Positions 10,537 through 20,449 of a stretch of DNA of 64,000 bases are shown here, piece by piece (the first letter of the stretch is position 1; each line of letters starts with the position of its first letter). The stretch spans positions 992,001 through 1,056,000 of the forward strand of contig OY729431.1 of the NCBI GenBank assembly GCA_963422395.1, given 5' to 3'. The notes under the pieces are model-generated. The model was not told the DNA's origin. It made no database searches and was given only the letters and a program-made list of their open reading frames with translations. The stretch comes from Vicinamibacteria bacterium (GTDB lineage: Bacteria > Acidobacteriota > Vicinamibacteria > Marinacidobacterales > Marinacidobacteraceae). The position numbers were made by a program, and so were the translations under genes.

Positions 10537-11712
10537 ATGGAGGTCGTGGTCGCGGGAGCGCGGCGCACTCCGATCGGGCGGTTCGGGGGTGCGCTGGCCC
10601 CGCTGACCGCTCCCGAACTCGGCGCGGCCGCGGCGCGGGGGGCGCTCGCCGCGGCCGGCCTGCCGGCGGAAGCGGTGGACGAAGTCGTCTTCGGGAACGC
10701 CCGGCAAGCCGGAGTGGGGCCGAATCCGGCGCGCCAGATCGGGCGGCGCGCGGGGCTCTCCCACGCGGTTCCGGCGCGCACGGTGAATCAGGCCTGCGCT
10801 TCGGGGCTCCGCGCGATTCTGGATGCGGCTGCGGCAGTTCGCCTCGGTGAGGCGCAAGCGGTTCTCGCCGGGGGCGTGGAGAGCATGAGCAACACGCCGT
10901 ACTTGCTGCCTGCCGCGCGTTTCGGGCATCGGTTCGGCGATGCCCCGCTCGAAGACGGCATGTTCCGGGACGGATTCCACTGCCCGCTGGCCGATCAGCT
11001 CATGGGGGAGACCGCCGAGACCCTCGCCCGGCAGTACGGGCTCTCGCGTACCGCATGCGACCGGTATGCCGCCCGCAGCCAGAACCGCGCGGAGGCGGCG
11101 CGCGATGCCGGCCGTTTCGAGCCGGAGATCGTCCCGCTGCTGGTGCCGGCGCGGAAGGGGGAGATCGAGGTCACCCGGGACGAGCATCCCCGAGACGGCG
11201 TGACCGCGGAGTCGCTCGCCCGGCTGCCTCCGGTGTTCCGAGAGAACGGGGTCGTCCACGCCGGGAATTCCTCGGGCATCACCGACGGCGCGGCGGCGGT
11301 GGCGGTGCTCTCCGGGGCCCGGGCGGCCGAGCTCGGGATCGAACCGATGGCGCGTCTCGTGGGCAGCGCCACGGCGGGAGTGGATCCGCGGTTGATGGGC
11401 ATCGGGCCGGTTCCCGCGGTCCGTCAGCTGCTGGCGCGAACCGGGCGCCGCCTCGCGGACATCGCGCTCGTCGAGCTGAACGAGGCGTTCGCGCCGCAGG
11501 TGCTCGCCTGCGCCCGCGATCTGGATCTCGCCCCGGACCGGCTCAATGTGAACGGCGGGGCGATCGCGCTCGGGCATCCCATCGGGGCGAGCGGCGCGCG
11601 CATCGTGGTCACTCTGCTCCACGAAATGGAGCGCCGGGATGTGGAGTACGGAATCGCCGCCCTCTGCGTCAGCGGCGGGATGGGGTCGGCGGTCCTCCTC
11701 TCCCGAATGTAG
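10537..11712 (+). CDS. Acetyl-CoA C-acyltransferase (thiolase)
   Basis: [21 protein letters not shown] and CVSGG motifs. Confidence 0.95.
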   Translation: MEVVVAGARRTPIGRFGGALAPLTAPELGAAAARGALAAAGLPAEAVDEVVFGNARQAGVGPNPARQIGRRAGLSHAVPARTVNQACASGLRAILDAAAAVRLGEAQAVLAGGVESMSNTPYLLPAARFGHRFGDAPLEDGMFRDGFHCPLADQLMGETAETLARQYGLSRTACDRYAARSQNRAEAARDAGRFEPEIVPLLVPARKGEIEVTRDEHPRDGVTAESLARLPPVFRENGVVHAGNSSGITDGAAAVAVLSGARAAELGIEPMARLVGSATAGVDPRLMGIGPVPAVRQLLARTGRRLADIALVELNEAFAPQVLACARDLDLAPDRLNVNGGAIALGHPIGASGARIVVTLLHEMERRDVEYGIAALCVSGGMGSAVLLSRM

Positions 11713-11804
11713 CGGCGAGATCCCAGCCCCCGGTCTGCGGGGCGCGGCAGAGCCTCCTGCTTCGCTGCGGATAGGTCCGCTTCTTCCTGCGTAGAATCGT
11801 TCCG

Positions 11805-13607
11805 GTGCGCTTACTGGACTACCTGGCGATTCAGAACTTCAAGCAATTCGGGGAGGAACAGCGGATTCCGCTCGAGCACCCGGCGGTTCTGATCGGACCC
11901 AACAACTGCGGCAAGACGACCGCGATCCAGGCGCTCGCGCTCTGGTCCCAAGCCGTCAGGACCTGGTTCGCGGCCAAGGGAGCGGCGCCGCCGAAACAGC
12001 GCACGGCCACCGCCCTTAACCGGCTGTCCATCATCTCGGTTCCGGTACAGCGCACCCGTTACTTCTGGCGGGACACCGTGGTGCGGCGCGGCAACCGGGA
12101 CATTCCGCTCCGAATCACCGTCGGCCTCCGGCGCGGGAACGCCGTCGAACCGGTGACCATGCGTTTCCGGAACCAGGGCGAGGACATCGTCTATTGCGCC
12201 CCGGACGAAACCACCCTGCAGGCGCCGGAATCCATCGAGGCGGCGGCGCGTCTGCGGGTTGCGCTCCTCTACCCGCTGTCAGGGCTCGATACCGAAGAAC
12301 CGGTGCTGCAGCCCGGGCGCATCGATGTGCTCATCGGACAAGGACAGACGGCACAAGTGCTCCGCAACCTGTGTCTGCTCATTCACCGGGATGCTCCGGA
12401 AGATTGGAAACGAATCCTCCAGTGGATGGAGCGGCTCTTCTCGGTCCAGCTCGGTGACCCGACGGAGACCGGGCGCGGAAGCATCTCCCTGCGCTACCGC
12501 CAGGCGAAGGTGAAGGAACCCCTCGACATTTCTCTCGCCGGCCGCGGGCTCCAGCAGATTCTGCTGCTTCTCGCCTACCTCTACTCCCACCGGAAGAGCG
12601 TGCTGTTGATCGACGAGCCGGACGCGCACCTGGAGATCCTGCGCCAGAGACAGATCTACATCCTCTTGCGGGACATCGCGGCGGAAAATGAATCGCAGGT
12701 CGTCATGGTCACGCACTCCGAAGCGATCCTCGACGAAGCCCTCGACCGAAACCTGACCTTGCTCCTGGGAGGCCGGGCCGACGATCTGGCGGCCCGCACC
12801 GGCATCCGCACCGCGCTGAAACACTACGGCACCGAGCACTATCTCCGGGCGGTCGAGCGGCGGTATGTCCTCTATGTCGAGGGACGGACGGACCTCGATG
12901 TGCTGCGGAGCCTCGCAGCCCGGATGGAGCATCCGGTAGCCGAAGGGTGGGACCAGAGGCTCAATGTTTTCTTCGTTCGGGACAATTACCCGGGGGAAAC
13001 TCTCGACAGGGAAATCGAACGGGTCGAAGGCGCTTTCGGCGCCACACCGAAAGAGCATTTCTTCGCGCTGCGCGAGATCGTGCCCGAGCTGCGCGGGCTC
13101 GCGCTCCTCGACAGCGACGGCGGTCTACGCTCCGACACCGACGAGGGCGGCCTGAGGATCGCCTGGTGGAAGCGCTACGAGGTCGAGAACTACATCGTCA
13201 CGCCGGAGGTGCTGCTGGCGTACACCGCGCACCGATACGGTGAGTCCTCTCTCTTCGGAGGCTTCCGCGAGGAAGCCGAAACGGTTCTCGACACCCTGAT
13301 CCGGCAAAGAGTCTTCGACGACGAGAGAGACTTCGAGACCTGGAGAAGTCTCTCTTCGGATCAGGCGCAGCTCGTTTGGGTATCTCGTACCGAGCGGCTG
13401 AAGCTCAGCGAATTCGCCGAAGAATTCTTCCGGCGCCTCGGCGAGCAGATCGGCCAGCCGATGCTGTTGCGCAAGGGGGAATTGCACCGTCTGGTTCCGT
13501 TCGCCGCGCCGGCTTCCCTCTCTTTGGAAGTGAGGGAAAAACTGGACCTGTTGCAGGCACTCTTCGATCGGGCCGATCGAGCACCGGCGGCGGGCGCTGG
13601 TGCGTAG
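11805..13607 (+). CDS. ABC-type ATPase fused to TOPRIM-like domain (OLD/PARIS-like, putative defence)
   Basis: Walker A GPNNCGKTT, Walker B LLIDEPDAHL, H-loop VTHS; TOPRIM-like YVEGRTD...LLDSDG...YEVENY. Confidence 0.8.
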   Translation: MRLLDYLAIQNFKQFGEEQRIPLEHPAVLIGPNNCGKTTAIQALALWSQAVRTWFAAKGAAPPKQRTATALNRLSIISVPVQRTRYFWRDTVVRRGNRDIPLRITVGLRRGNAVEPVTMRFRNQGEDIVYCAPDETTLQAPESIEAAARLRVALLYPLSGLDTEEPVLQPGRIDVLIGQGQTAQVLRNLCLLIHRDAPEDWKRILQWMERLFSVQLGDPTETGRGSISLRYRQAKVKEPLDISLAGRGLQQILLLLAYLYSHRKSVLLIDEPDAHLEILRQRQIYILLRDIAAENESQVVMVTHSEAILDEALDRNLTLLLGGRADDLAARTGIRTALKHYGTEHYLRAVERRYVLYVEGRTDLDVLRSLAARMEHPVAEGWDQRLNVFFVRDNYPGETLDREIERVEGAFGATPKEHFFALREIVPELRGLALLDSDGGLRSDTDEGGLRIAWWKRYEVENYIVTPEVLLAYTAHRYGESSLFGGFREEAETVLDTLIRQRVFDDERDFETWRSLSSDQAQLVWVSRTERLKLSEFAEEFFRRLGEQIGQPMLLRKGELHRLVPFAAPASLSLEVREKLDLLQALFDRADRAPAAGAGA

Positions 13608-13660
13608 CGCCGGGCGGCCCGAGGGCGACCCTCACCCGCTGCCCGAAACACCTGTTGCGC

Positions 13661-13795
13661 ATCCGGATCGAGCAGGCATGGGTTGTTCATATCGGCGACC
13701 GACACCGACAAATCGATCAGAGAACCGCCATCATCGGATCGGGGGATTCGACCATCTCCGGGTGTGCCAGGCCAGCAGTCTTCATCGTACAGCGG
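13661..13795 (-). repeat. Decayed direct-repeat copy of the upstream region and 5' end of the gene starting at 15684
   Basis: Aligns by eye to 15607-15748; translates DGGSLIDLSVSVADMNNPCLLDPD versus MDGGSLIELSVVLVADGNNPSLLNPD. Confidence 0.8.
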
Positions 13796-13971
13796 GGAAT
13801 CGCGTTGCGATGAAGAAGGTGCGGCGAGGGTGGCAGCTGGAGCTGGGAAGTCATCCGCGAACTCCGCGGTGCCCTGACCCTCTCTGATCCCGGTCTCGAT
13901 TCGGCCGCCTGCCGAGCGGCGTGAGGAGACTCGCTGGGGACGGACTCGGCATCGGATCGCGAGCTCGCGTA

Positions 13972-14421
13972 TCAATCTGAATCTCCCCAAGTCGAATCTC
14001 CAGATCCCGGACGAGCCTGCCAGTGCGAGGCATCGGCCAATTCCTGGGCGTGCCGCTTCTGCTCCGTACGGTCCTCGACCACGGCGCGGGGCAGCACGAT
14101 GTCTGCGTGCCATCGATTGCCGGGTACGGGTGAAGAGCACACCTGCCGGGGTTTCTGTCCTGCCATCGCTGCGTCAACGACCGCCCATCCATGGAACGAT
14201 CTGTTCCGCCCCGCGCCTGCCTGTTCGGCGACGGCCAAGGATTCTCCGGGAGACGCTCTGCTCAGTCGATCCACGGAGATTTCGACCTTCCCTGCCTTCT
14301 CGAGAAACACATTGAGCGATACTCGAGTTCTCCGAGCGCGCTTCGATTCTCGCTTCGAGAATACGCCGCGCCCGAGACGCTCCTCCGGTGCGATGGGGGT
14401 GTCTTCAGGGGGCCGGGGCAT
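13972..14421 (-). CDS. Small protein, putative ADP-ribosyltransferase/RES-like toxin (149 aa)
   Basis: ATG at 14421 overlaps the upstream gene end; pattern LGR...F...ISVDR...P.PGNRWHADI. Function inferred. Confidence 0.6.
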   Translation of the reverse strand: MPRPPEDTPIAPEERLGRGVFSKRESKRARRTRVSLNVFLEKAGKVEISVDRLSRASPGESLAVAEQAGAGRNRSFHGWAVVDAAMAGQKPRQVCSSPVPGNRWHADIVLPRAVVEDRTEQKRHAQELADASHWQARPGSGDSTWGDSD

Positions 14422-15052
14422 CGAGTTCGGCCAGCGCTTCGTCGAGGAAACCGTCCGGCAGGACAGCCGCCGCGGCGTAGGCCGCGCGGCGATGTCCGGT
14501 CTTCGCATCGACGAGACATTGAACCCCGCCCGCCGAGGCACACAGCAGCAGCACCGATTGCCCCCGCCCATCCGGGGCATCCAGGGCGACTTCGCCGTCC
14601 GGGGTGGGGTAGATCTCGTAGCGCCGCCTGGATATGGCGAACATGCGCCGCAGCAGACGGCCGGCGTTGTCGACCGCCGGCTCGGATGGCTCGGGGAAGC
14701 CCTCCTCTCTCGCCTCGTCCCGGACTTCGTCGAGGTCGCGAAGCGCATCGGCGAGGTCTGTGGGAAAGTCCTCGGCGCCGTGACTCGCCGAAATCTCGAG
14801 CAGCTCTTTTTGCAATGACGGGATGCTTTGCCAATCCAGAAAACGCTTGAACAACGGCTGGATTAGTGAGCGCCAGATCCGCATCTTGGTTTCGGAATCG
14901 ACAGTCGGCGAGGTCTGGAATGGCATCGACTGCGACGACACGCTTTCCTCTGGAACTCGAAAATCCGGAGGTGCTGCGATAGGAGCCGGGAATACGGACG
15001 AGGAGGAAACCGGGCTGTGCGTCGAGGTATCGACGGCGGAGGTCGGTGTCAT
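14405..15052 (-). CDS. Hypothetical protein, S/T/P-rich N-terminus plus globular C-domain (putative antitoxin)
   Basis: ATGA overlap with upstream gene; C-domain EGFPEPSEPAVDNAGRLL...YPTPDGEVALD. Confidence 0.7.
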   Translation of the reverse strand: MTPTSAVDTSTHSPVSSSSVFPAPIAAPPDFRVPEESVSSQSMPFQTSPTVDSETKMRIWRSLIQPLFKRFLDWQSIPSLQKELLEISASHGAEDFPTDLADALRDLDEVRDEAREEGFPEPSEPAVDNAGRLLRRMFAISRRRYEIYPTPDGEVALDAPDGRGQSVLLLCASAGGVQCLVDAKTGHRRAAYAAAAVLPDGFLDEALAELDAPAP

Positions 15053-15684
15053 GCTGTCGCCGTAGCTCCTCTGAATTGCTGCATCAGGCCGCGGACATCG
15101 GCCAGGTCGGAGTGCCAGCCGTTCAGAACGGATTCGACCTGCCGCTCGTTCGTGATCGTGTTCTCGCCGGACAGGTCACGGTGTACGTTCGCCAGGAACA
15201 CCCTGGCACCGGATTTCTCTGCGATGTCCAGTGTGATCGTTCTGTCACCGCAGGGGTAAACGAATTTCAGCTGAACATTCGGCCCGATCCCGCGGAACGA
15301 CATCCAGCGGCCCCGGTCGCGCAGAGCCGTCTCGAGGAGGGGGGCAGGTGCCGGCAGAGACTGCCGGAATCGCGGATTGATCCCCAAGGCGCGGCATGGG
15401 GGATGGGGGACGTGCTGCAGGTAGCGCATCGCAATTCTGGGAATCGAGTCGATCCGCTCGGCCGAATCGGAGGTGAAGACGATCCGCTGCGGATCAGCCG
15501 TGACGGTGACGCCGTCTTCAAAGGTCACTTGGGAAAAAACGGGGGTCGAGACCTGTGGGGAAGTGGGCCTGGACCCGTCCTCCACGATCCCGTGGCGAAT
15601 GAGGAAATCCGGATTCAGGAGGGACGGGTTGTTTCCATCGGCGACCAACACGACCGACAACTCGATCAGAGAGCCGCCATCCAT
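15049..15684 (-). CDS. Hypothetical protein, TIGR04255-like (possible SecB-like chaperone fold)
   Basis: Start MDGGSLIELSVVLVADGNNPSLLNPDFL; GINP and FLANVHRDL motifs; coupled to the next gene. Family call tentative. Confidence 0.65.
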   Translation of the reverse strand: MDGGSLIELSVVLVADGNNPSLLNPDFLIRHGIVEDGSRPTSPQVSTPVFSQVTFEDGVTVTADPQRIVFTSDSAERIDSIPRIAMRYLQHVPHPPCRALGINPRFRQSLPAPAPLLETALRDRGRWMSFRGIGPNVQLKFVYPCGDRTITLDIAEKSGARVFLANVHRDLSGENTITNERQVESVLNGWHSDLADVRGLMQQFRGATATA

Positions 15685-15785
15685 CGGATCGAGAGAGGAT
15701 GCAACCATCACCATCAGGTGCAACGCACCAGCCCCCATCGTATCGCGGAAGGTGCGGGAGCGCCCCTGCCGAAAAGTGCTCGACT

Positions 15786-16421
15786 TCAAGGGGCGACCGA
15801 TCCGCTGGTGCGGATTCTGGCCGCCGCGTGGGCGGCGAGCGCCCGGAGGTGGCGGCGGGCGACGGGAGCGAGGCTGCGGTTGTAGAGGATCGCCGCCGGA
15901 TGGTAGAGAGCGACGAACTCGCGGTCGGGCCAGGCGGGCAGGGGGAAAAAGCGGCCGACGCGGGCGGAAAGCGGGCCGGTCGCGCGCTTGGGATCGAAGC
16001 GGCGGAGCGCGGTCGCTCCCAGCAGCGCCACGATCCGGGCAGGGGAGAGCGCGAGCTGACGGTCGAGGAAGGGCCGGCAGGCGGCGGCCTCCTCGCTCCG
16101 GGGAGCGCGGTTGCCCGGCGGTCGGCACTTGACCACATTCACGAGCAGCATATCTTCCTCGGTGGAGAGGCCCGCCTCCCTGCAAAGCTCGTCGAGCATC
16201 TTCCCGGCCCGACCGCAGAACGCGAACCCGGCGGCGTCCTCGGAAGCGCCGGGGGCTTCTCCGACGGCGAGGATCGCCGCTTCGGGGTTTCCCCGGTCCA
16301 CTACGATTTGGCTCCGGCCGGCGGCGAGTCCGCAGCGCTGACAGCCGCCCGTCCGCAGCCGCTCTCGGAAATCCCGGTAGTTTTCGGCTTCGAGCTCGAT
16401 TTCGAGCGGGGCGGCGCTCAC
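15786..16421 (-). CDS. udg: Uracil-DNA glycosylase family 4 (Fe-S)
   Basis: CQRC, GEAPG, VKCRPPGNR and YHPAA motifs. Confidence 0.92.
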   Translation of the reverse strand: MSAAPLEIELEAENYRDFRERLRTGGCQRCGLAAGRSQIVVDRGNPEAAILAVGEAPGASEDAAGFAFCGRAGKMLDELCREAGLSTEEDMLLVNVVKCRPPGNRAPRSEEAAACRPFLDRQLALSPARIVALLGATALRRFDPKRATGPLSARVGRFFPLPAWPDREFVALYHPAAILYNRSLAPVARRHLRALAAHAAARIRTSGSVAP

Positions 16422-16428
16422 CGGTTGC

Positions 16429-17994
16429 TCACCGGTGCTCGCCGAAGACCGCCCGGAGCGCGTCGCTGATCTCGCCGACGGTGGCCCGGGCGGCAGCCGC
16501 GCCGAGGATGGGCGGCATCAGGTTCCCGCTCCCGCCGGCGACCCGGCGCACTTCGGCGAGCGCCCGTTCCACCGGCTCGGGGCTCCGGTGTTCCCGCACC
16601 CGGCGAACGCGCTCCACCTGCGAGGTCTCCGCCTCGGGGTCGAGCGTGAAGGGCGCCGGCCGGCTCTGTTCTCCCTCCTGGCGGAACCGGTTCACCCCGA
16701 CCACCGTCTCCCGGCCTTCCTCCAGGTCGCGCTGGAAGGCATAGGCCGCTTCCTGGATGCGCGCCCGAACGAAGCCCGATTCGATGGCTGCCGCCGCCCC
16801 GCCGAGACGGTCCAGCTGCTCGATCCACGAGACCGCCTCCGCTTCGAGCTCGTCGGTTAGCGCCTCGATGGCCCAGGAACCGCCGAGCGGGTCGGCGGTC
16901 GCCGCCACTCCGCTCTCGAAGGCGATCACCTGCTGGGTGCGGAGCGCCAGTCTCGCGGTCTCCTCGGTCGGCAGGCCGAGCGCCTCGTCGAGCGCGTTCG
17001 TGTGCAGCGACTGGGTTCCGCCGAGGACCGCGGCGAGCGCCTCGAGCGTCGTCCGCACCACATTCACCTGGGGTTCGAGCGCGGTGAGGGTCGAGCCTGC
17101 GGTCTGGGCGTGGAAGCGCAGCATCTGCGCCCGCGGGTCCTTCGAGCCGAAGCGCTCGCGGAGCAGCGTCCCCCAAAGCCGCCGGGCGGCGCGGAACTTG
17201 GCGACCTCTTCGAGGAAGTCCCGGTGGGCGCCGAAGAAGAAGGAAACCCGGGGGGCCACCTCGTCCACCGTGAGGCCGCGTTCCACCGCCGAGCGGACAT
17301 AGGCGAGGCCGTTCGCCAGGGTGAACCCCACCTCTTGCGCCGCAGTGCATCCGGCCTCGCGCAGGTGATAGCCGCTCACGCTCACCGGCTGGAAGCGGGG
17401 CAGCTCGCGCCGGCACCACTCGATCACATCGGCGGCGAGCCGGAGCGAAGGCTCCGGTGGATAGATCCAGGTTCCCCGCGCCGCGTATTCCTTCAGGATG
17501 TCGTTCTGGACCGTTCCCGAGATCGCCTCGAGCGCCGTTCCCTGCCGCCGGGCCACCGTTACATAGAGCGCCAGCAGGATGGCGGCGGTGGCGTTGATCG
17601 TCATCGAGGTGGAGACGCGCCCGAGCGGAATGTCCGCGAACAGCGTCTCCATGTCCTCGAGGGAATCGATGGCGACCCCGACCCGCCCGACCTCGCCGGC
17701 GGCGAGGGGATGATCGGAGTCGTATCCGATCTGGGTCGGCAGATCGAAGGCCACCGAGAGCCCGGTCTGCCCGCTTTCGAGCAGGCGGCGGTAGCGGCGG
17801 TTCGAGGCGGCGGCAGTGGCGTAGCCCGCGTACTGGCGCATCGTCCAGAGCCGCTCCCGATACCCGGAGGTGCGGATGCCGCGGGTGAAGGGGGCTTCGC
17901 CGGGGAGTCCGAGGCGCGCCTCGCCTCCCGGCGCGTCCTCCGGCCGGTAGAGCGGGCGCAGGGGCCGCCGGGAGCTCTCGGGCGCCGAACTCAC
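16429..17994 (-). CDS. Methylmalonyl-CoA mutase, substrate-binding subunit (no B12-binding domain)
   Basis: [37 protein letters not shown] motifs; GTG at 17994 overlaps the upstream TGA. Confidence 0.92.
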   Translation of the reverse strand: MSSAPESSRRPLRPLYRPEDAPGGEARLGLPGEAPFTRGIRTSGYRERLWTMRQYAGYATAAASNRRYRRLLESGQTGLSVAFDLPTQIGYDSDHPLAAGEVGRVGVAIDSLEDMETLFADIPLGRVSTSMTINATAAILLALYVTVARRQGTALEAISGTVQNDILKEYAARGTWIYPPEPSLRLAADVIEWCRRELPRFQPVSVSGYHLREAGCTAAQEVGFTLANGLAYVRSAVERGLTVDEVAPRVSFFFGAHRDFLEEVAKFRAARRLWGTLLRERFGSKDPRAQMLRFHAQTAGSTLTALEPQVNVVRTTLEALAAVLGGTQSLHTNALDEALGLPTEETARLALRTQQVIAFESGVAATADPLGGSWAIEALTDELEAEAVSWIEQLDRLGGAAAAIESGFVRARIQEAAYAFQRDLEEGRETVVGVNRFRQEGEQSRPAPFTLDPEAETSQVERVRRVREHRSPEPVERALAEVRRVAGGSGNLMPPILGAAAARATVGEISDALRAVFGEHR

Positions 17995-18602
17995 GGCTCC
18001 GGCTCGGGCGCGCAGGCGAACTCGCAGACCAGCACCCGGCTCCCCCAGATTTCGGAGCGCGCCTGGTCCAGCGGGCAGAGGCGAACCAGCTCTTCTTCGA
18101 AGAACAGCGGGCATTCCTCGGCGAGCGCGGGGCCGAGGTCTTCGGGGCGGGCGATGGTGAGCTCGAGCCGCCGGCGGAGCGGGGTCCAGCCTTCGGTCTC
18201 GCCGAGGCCGCGCAGGTCCCCGAGGAGCTGCTCGACCTGACGGCGGGCGTCGGGGAGCGGCAGGTCCCCATCCTGAACTTCGGCCAGGATGGCGCGGGCG
18301 CGCTCGCGGAGCCCGCCGATGGAATCCTGCCGAGCGGACCGGACCGCCGCCGGTGCCGGATCTTCGGGGACGCCGGAGGCGGCGGCCGCCGCCGACCCCA
18401 GCAGTCTGTGGATGAAGTGGCGCGAGCCCAAAAGCCGGTGAGGCGCGCGGCGGACAAGGCGCGATTCGGGAGGCACACCGGGTGTATTCCGACTGAATCG
18501 CAACGCCGAGCGAAGCGGTTCCGCCGTGATGCATCGCCGGTCGACGGCCGTGTGACTTTGTCCACAGGCTGCTAGAGCGGCAGCGAGCAGGAGGGGCCGC
18601 AT
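17991..18602 (-). CDS. Exported hypothetical protein carrying an in-frame MITE insertion
   Basis: Sits between phyH-like gene and mutase with tight spacing; 174 bp (58 codons) derive from the MITE and its target duplication. Confidence 0.7.
   Translation of the reverse strand: MRPLLLAAALAACGQSHTAVDRRCITAEPLRSALRFSRNTPGVPPESRLVRRAPHRLLGSRHFIHRLLGSAAAAASGVPEDPAPAAVRSARQDSIGGLRERARAILAEVQDGDLPLPDARRQVEQLLGDLRGLGETEGWTPLRRRLELTIARPEDLGPALAEECPLFFEEELVRLCPLDQARSEIWGSRVLVCEFACAPEPEP
18402..18571. mobile_element. MITE copy 2 (170 bp), inverted relative to copy 1
   Basis: Ends CAGTCTGTGGATGAAGT / ACTTTGTCCACAGGCTG; flanks CCAG (18398-18401) and CTAG (18572-18575). Confidence 0.85.
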
Positions 18603-18608
18603 GACGCG

Positions 18609-19574
18609 CTATCGAGGCTCGGCGGACTTTTGCTGCGGCTGCGACGAAGGGGGCCGCCAGAGCCTCGCCTTCCCGATCCGAGAGGCGAGCCACGAACGGA
18701 GCGGCACATCCTCGGGCTGCGGTTGGTAGAAGCCCACCTCGGTCTTTCCGTCGCCGAGCAGCTGGCGCAGCACCGGATCGCAGCGCTCGAGGAAACTCGC
18801 GGGAAGGGCGGTGGAATCGAGCGGCCGGAGCCAGCGGTAGCTGTAGCCGAAGAAGAGCGACTTCCGCACTCTCTCGGAGGTGTTCTTCCCGTGCCGGTGC
18901 CACAGCCGCCGGTCGAAGATCGTCGCGTCCCCCGGCGCTCCCCCGAGGAGAACCCGCCCCTCCCATTCCGAATCGTTCGAGCGGGGTGGAGGTGCATCGA
19001 GGCGGTGGCTGCCGGGAATGGCCTCCATCGCCCCGCAGTCCGGCGCGCGGGTGTCGGTGAGCCAGTAGGCCGTCTTGACCGAGAGCCGCGGGGCGGGCCG
19101 CTCGAGCTCCAGTACCGGGCGGCCGCTGTCCTGGTGCCAGACCGGCGCCCGGCATTGGGCACCGCCCCAGGTCTCGGGGGGATACACCACCAGATGGGAG
19201 ATGTAGAGCTGGATGTTCCAGCCCAGGATGTCCCAGACCTTGGGGAAGGTTCGCGGCTGATCCACGAGTTCGAGGAACGCCGGATCGAAGCGGATCACCG
19301 AGAAACGGGACATCATGTCGCCGCGCGCGAGCTGCAGTCTCCCGCGCTCGGCGGTGTCGAGCCGGTCCACCGCGGCGAGGAGCCGGGAGACCTGCTCCGA
19401 ATCGAGCGCCTCGGGGATGTGGAGGAAGCCGTCCCGTTCGAACGCGGCGAGCTCGTCGGGAGTCGCGGCTTGCTCGAGGTGTTCCTTCGTGAGTCCGCCG
19501 AAACGGAAGCCCGCGGGATCGAAGCGGATCTCCGAGTCCAACGGTTCGACCGGAGGGGCCACCAGCTTACCCAT
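18609..19574 (-). CDS. Phytanoyl-CoA dioxygenase-family Fe(II)/2OG oxygenase
   Basis: [28 protein letters not shown] motifs. Confidence 0.88.
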   Translation of the reverse strand: MGKLVAPPVEPLDSEIRFDPAGFRFGGLTKEHLEQAATPDELAAFERDGFLHIPEALDSEQVSRLLAAVDRLDTAERGRLQLARGDMMSRFSVIRFDPAFLELVDQPRTFPKVWDILGWNIQLYISHLVVYPPETWGGAQCRAPVWHQDSGRPVLELERPAPRLSVKTAYWLTDTRAPDCGAMEAIPGSHRLDAPPPRSNDSEWEGRVLLGGAPGDATIFDRRLWHRHGKNTSERVRKSLFFGYSYRWLRPLDSTALPASFLERCDPVLRQLLGDGKTEVGFYQPQPEDVPLRSWLASRIGKARLWRPPSSQPQQKSAEPR

Positions 19575-19633
19575 CGTTACGCGGCTCCGCCGCGAAGGAA
19601 CCCGGTGCTCACGGGGCCGTTAGTATTGTCGAA

Positions 19634-20272
19634 GTGAGCCGCCGGCGTATGCAGCTGCTCGCGGGGTGGGCCGTTTTCTTGGCTCTCGGCGCGAGCATCT
19701 ATCTCGGTCCCTACTTCGCCGCCTGGCGGATCCGGGAAGCCGTCGCGGCGGGAGACTCCGAGGCGCTCCGCGACTTCGTGGACTTCGAGGCGGTCCGGGA
19801 AAATCTCAAGGCCGAGTTGCGCCGCACGGTGGAGGCGAGCCGGCGGGCGCGCGACCGGGAAGAGAGCGAAGAGCCGGCGGACGCCGGGCCCGAAGAAGAA
19901 GAGGAAGAAGCGGAGCTCGATCTGGGCAGCCAGCTCGCGGTCGCGGTCGGCGAAACGATGATCGACCGTTTCGCCACTCCCGAGGGAGTGGATCGGGCAC
20001 TCCGCGATCCTCCGGAGGAGGGCAGCGGCTGGTCGTCCTTCCTCGGGCTCGGAGCCGGAGATGGCGGAGAGGAGGAAGAAGGTGGAGGAGTGTCGGTCCG
20101 CGCCGGCTACGACGGATGGAGCGACTTCACCGTCCGCCTCGGAGTGGATCGGGACGCCTCGGACGGCGAGCCGCTCTGGGCCGACATCCTGTTCGAGCGG
20201 CGCGGTATCTGGACCTGGCGGGTCACCGGAGCGCGGGTGAGTCCCGACGCCATTCCCCTCCTCACCCGCTGA
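19634..20272 (+). CDS. DUF2939-like membrane-anchored protein
   Basis: N-terminal TM then PY...IREAV..GD...L..FVDFEAVRENLKAEL. Confidence 0.7.
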   Translation: MSRRRMQLLAGWAVFLALGASIYLGPYFAAWRIREAVAAGDSEALRDFVDFEAVRENLKAELRRTVEASRRARDREESEEPADAGPEEEEEEAELDLGSQLAVAVGETMIDRFATPEGVDRALRDPPEEGSGWSSFLGLGAGDGGEEEEGGGVSVRAGYDGWSDFTVRLGVDRDASDGEPLWADILFERRGIWTWRVTGARVSPDAIPLLTR

Positions 20273-20449
20273 TTCCCCGCCGTTTTACTCGACCCGCTGA
20301 TTCACCACTGATTTCGTCCATCCGCTGATTGCGGGGCCGCGCCGCCGCGCGGAGCGCGTTTTCGATCCCTCCCTCCTAGCGCGCCGGGGCGGTTTTCGGG
20401 GCTTTTGGGCGCTTCTTCGCTCGGCTCCTTACAATCGCCCCCCTCCCCG

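Noticed and set aside
8617-11622. 1001-aa minus-strand ORF
   Set aside because: Antisense shadow of boxC, boxB and thiolase.
13361-14140. 259-aa minus-strand ORF as a fourth cassette gene
   Set aside because: Overlaps two real genes; its only protein-like part is the decayed repeat.
17995-19155. N-terminal extension of the mutase ORF
   Set aside because: Alternative frame over two upstream genes; mutase similarity starts at GTG 17994.
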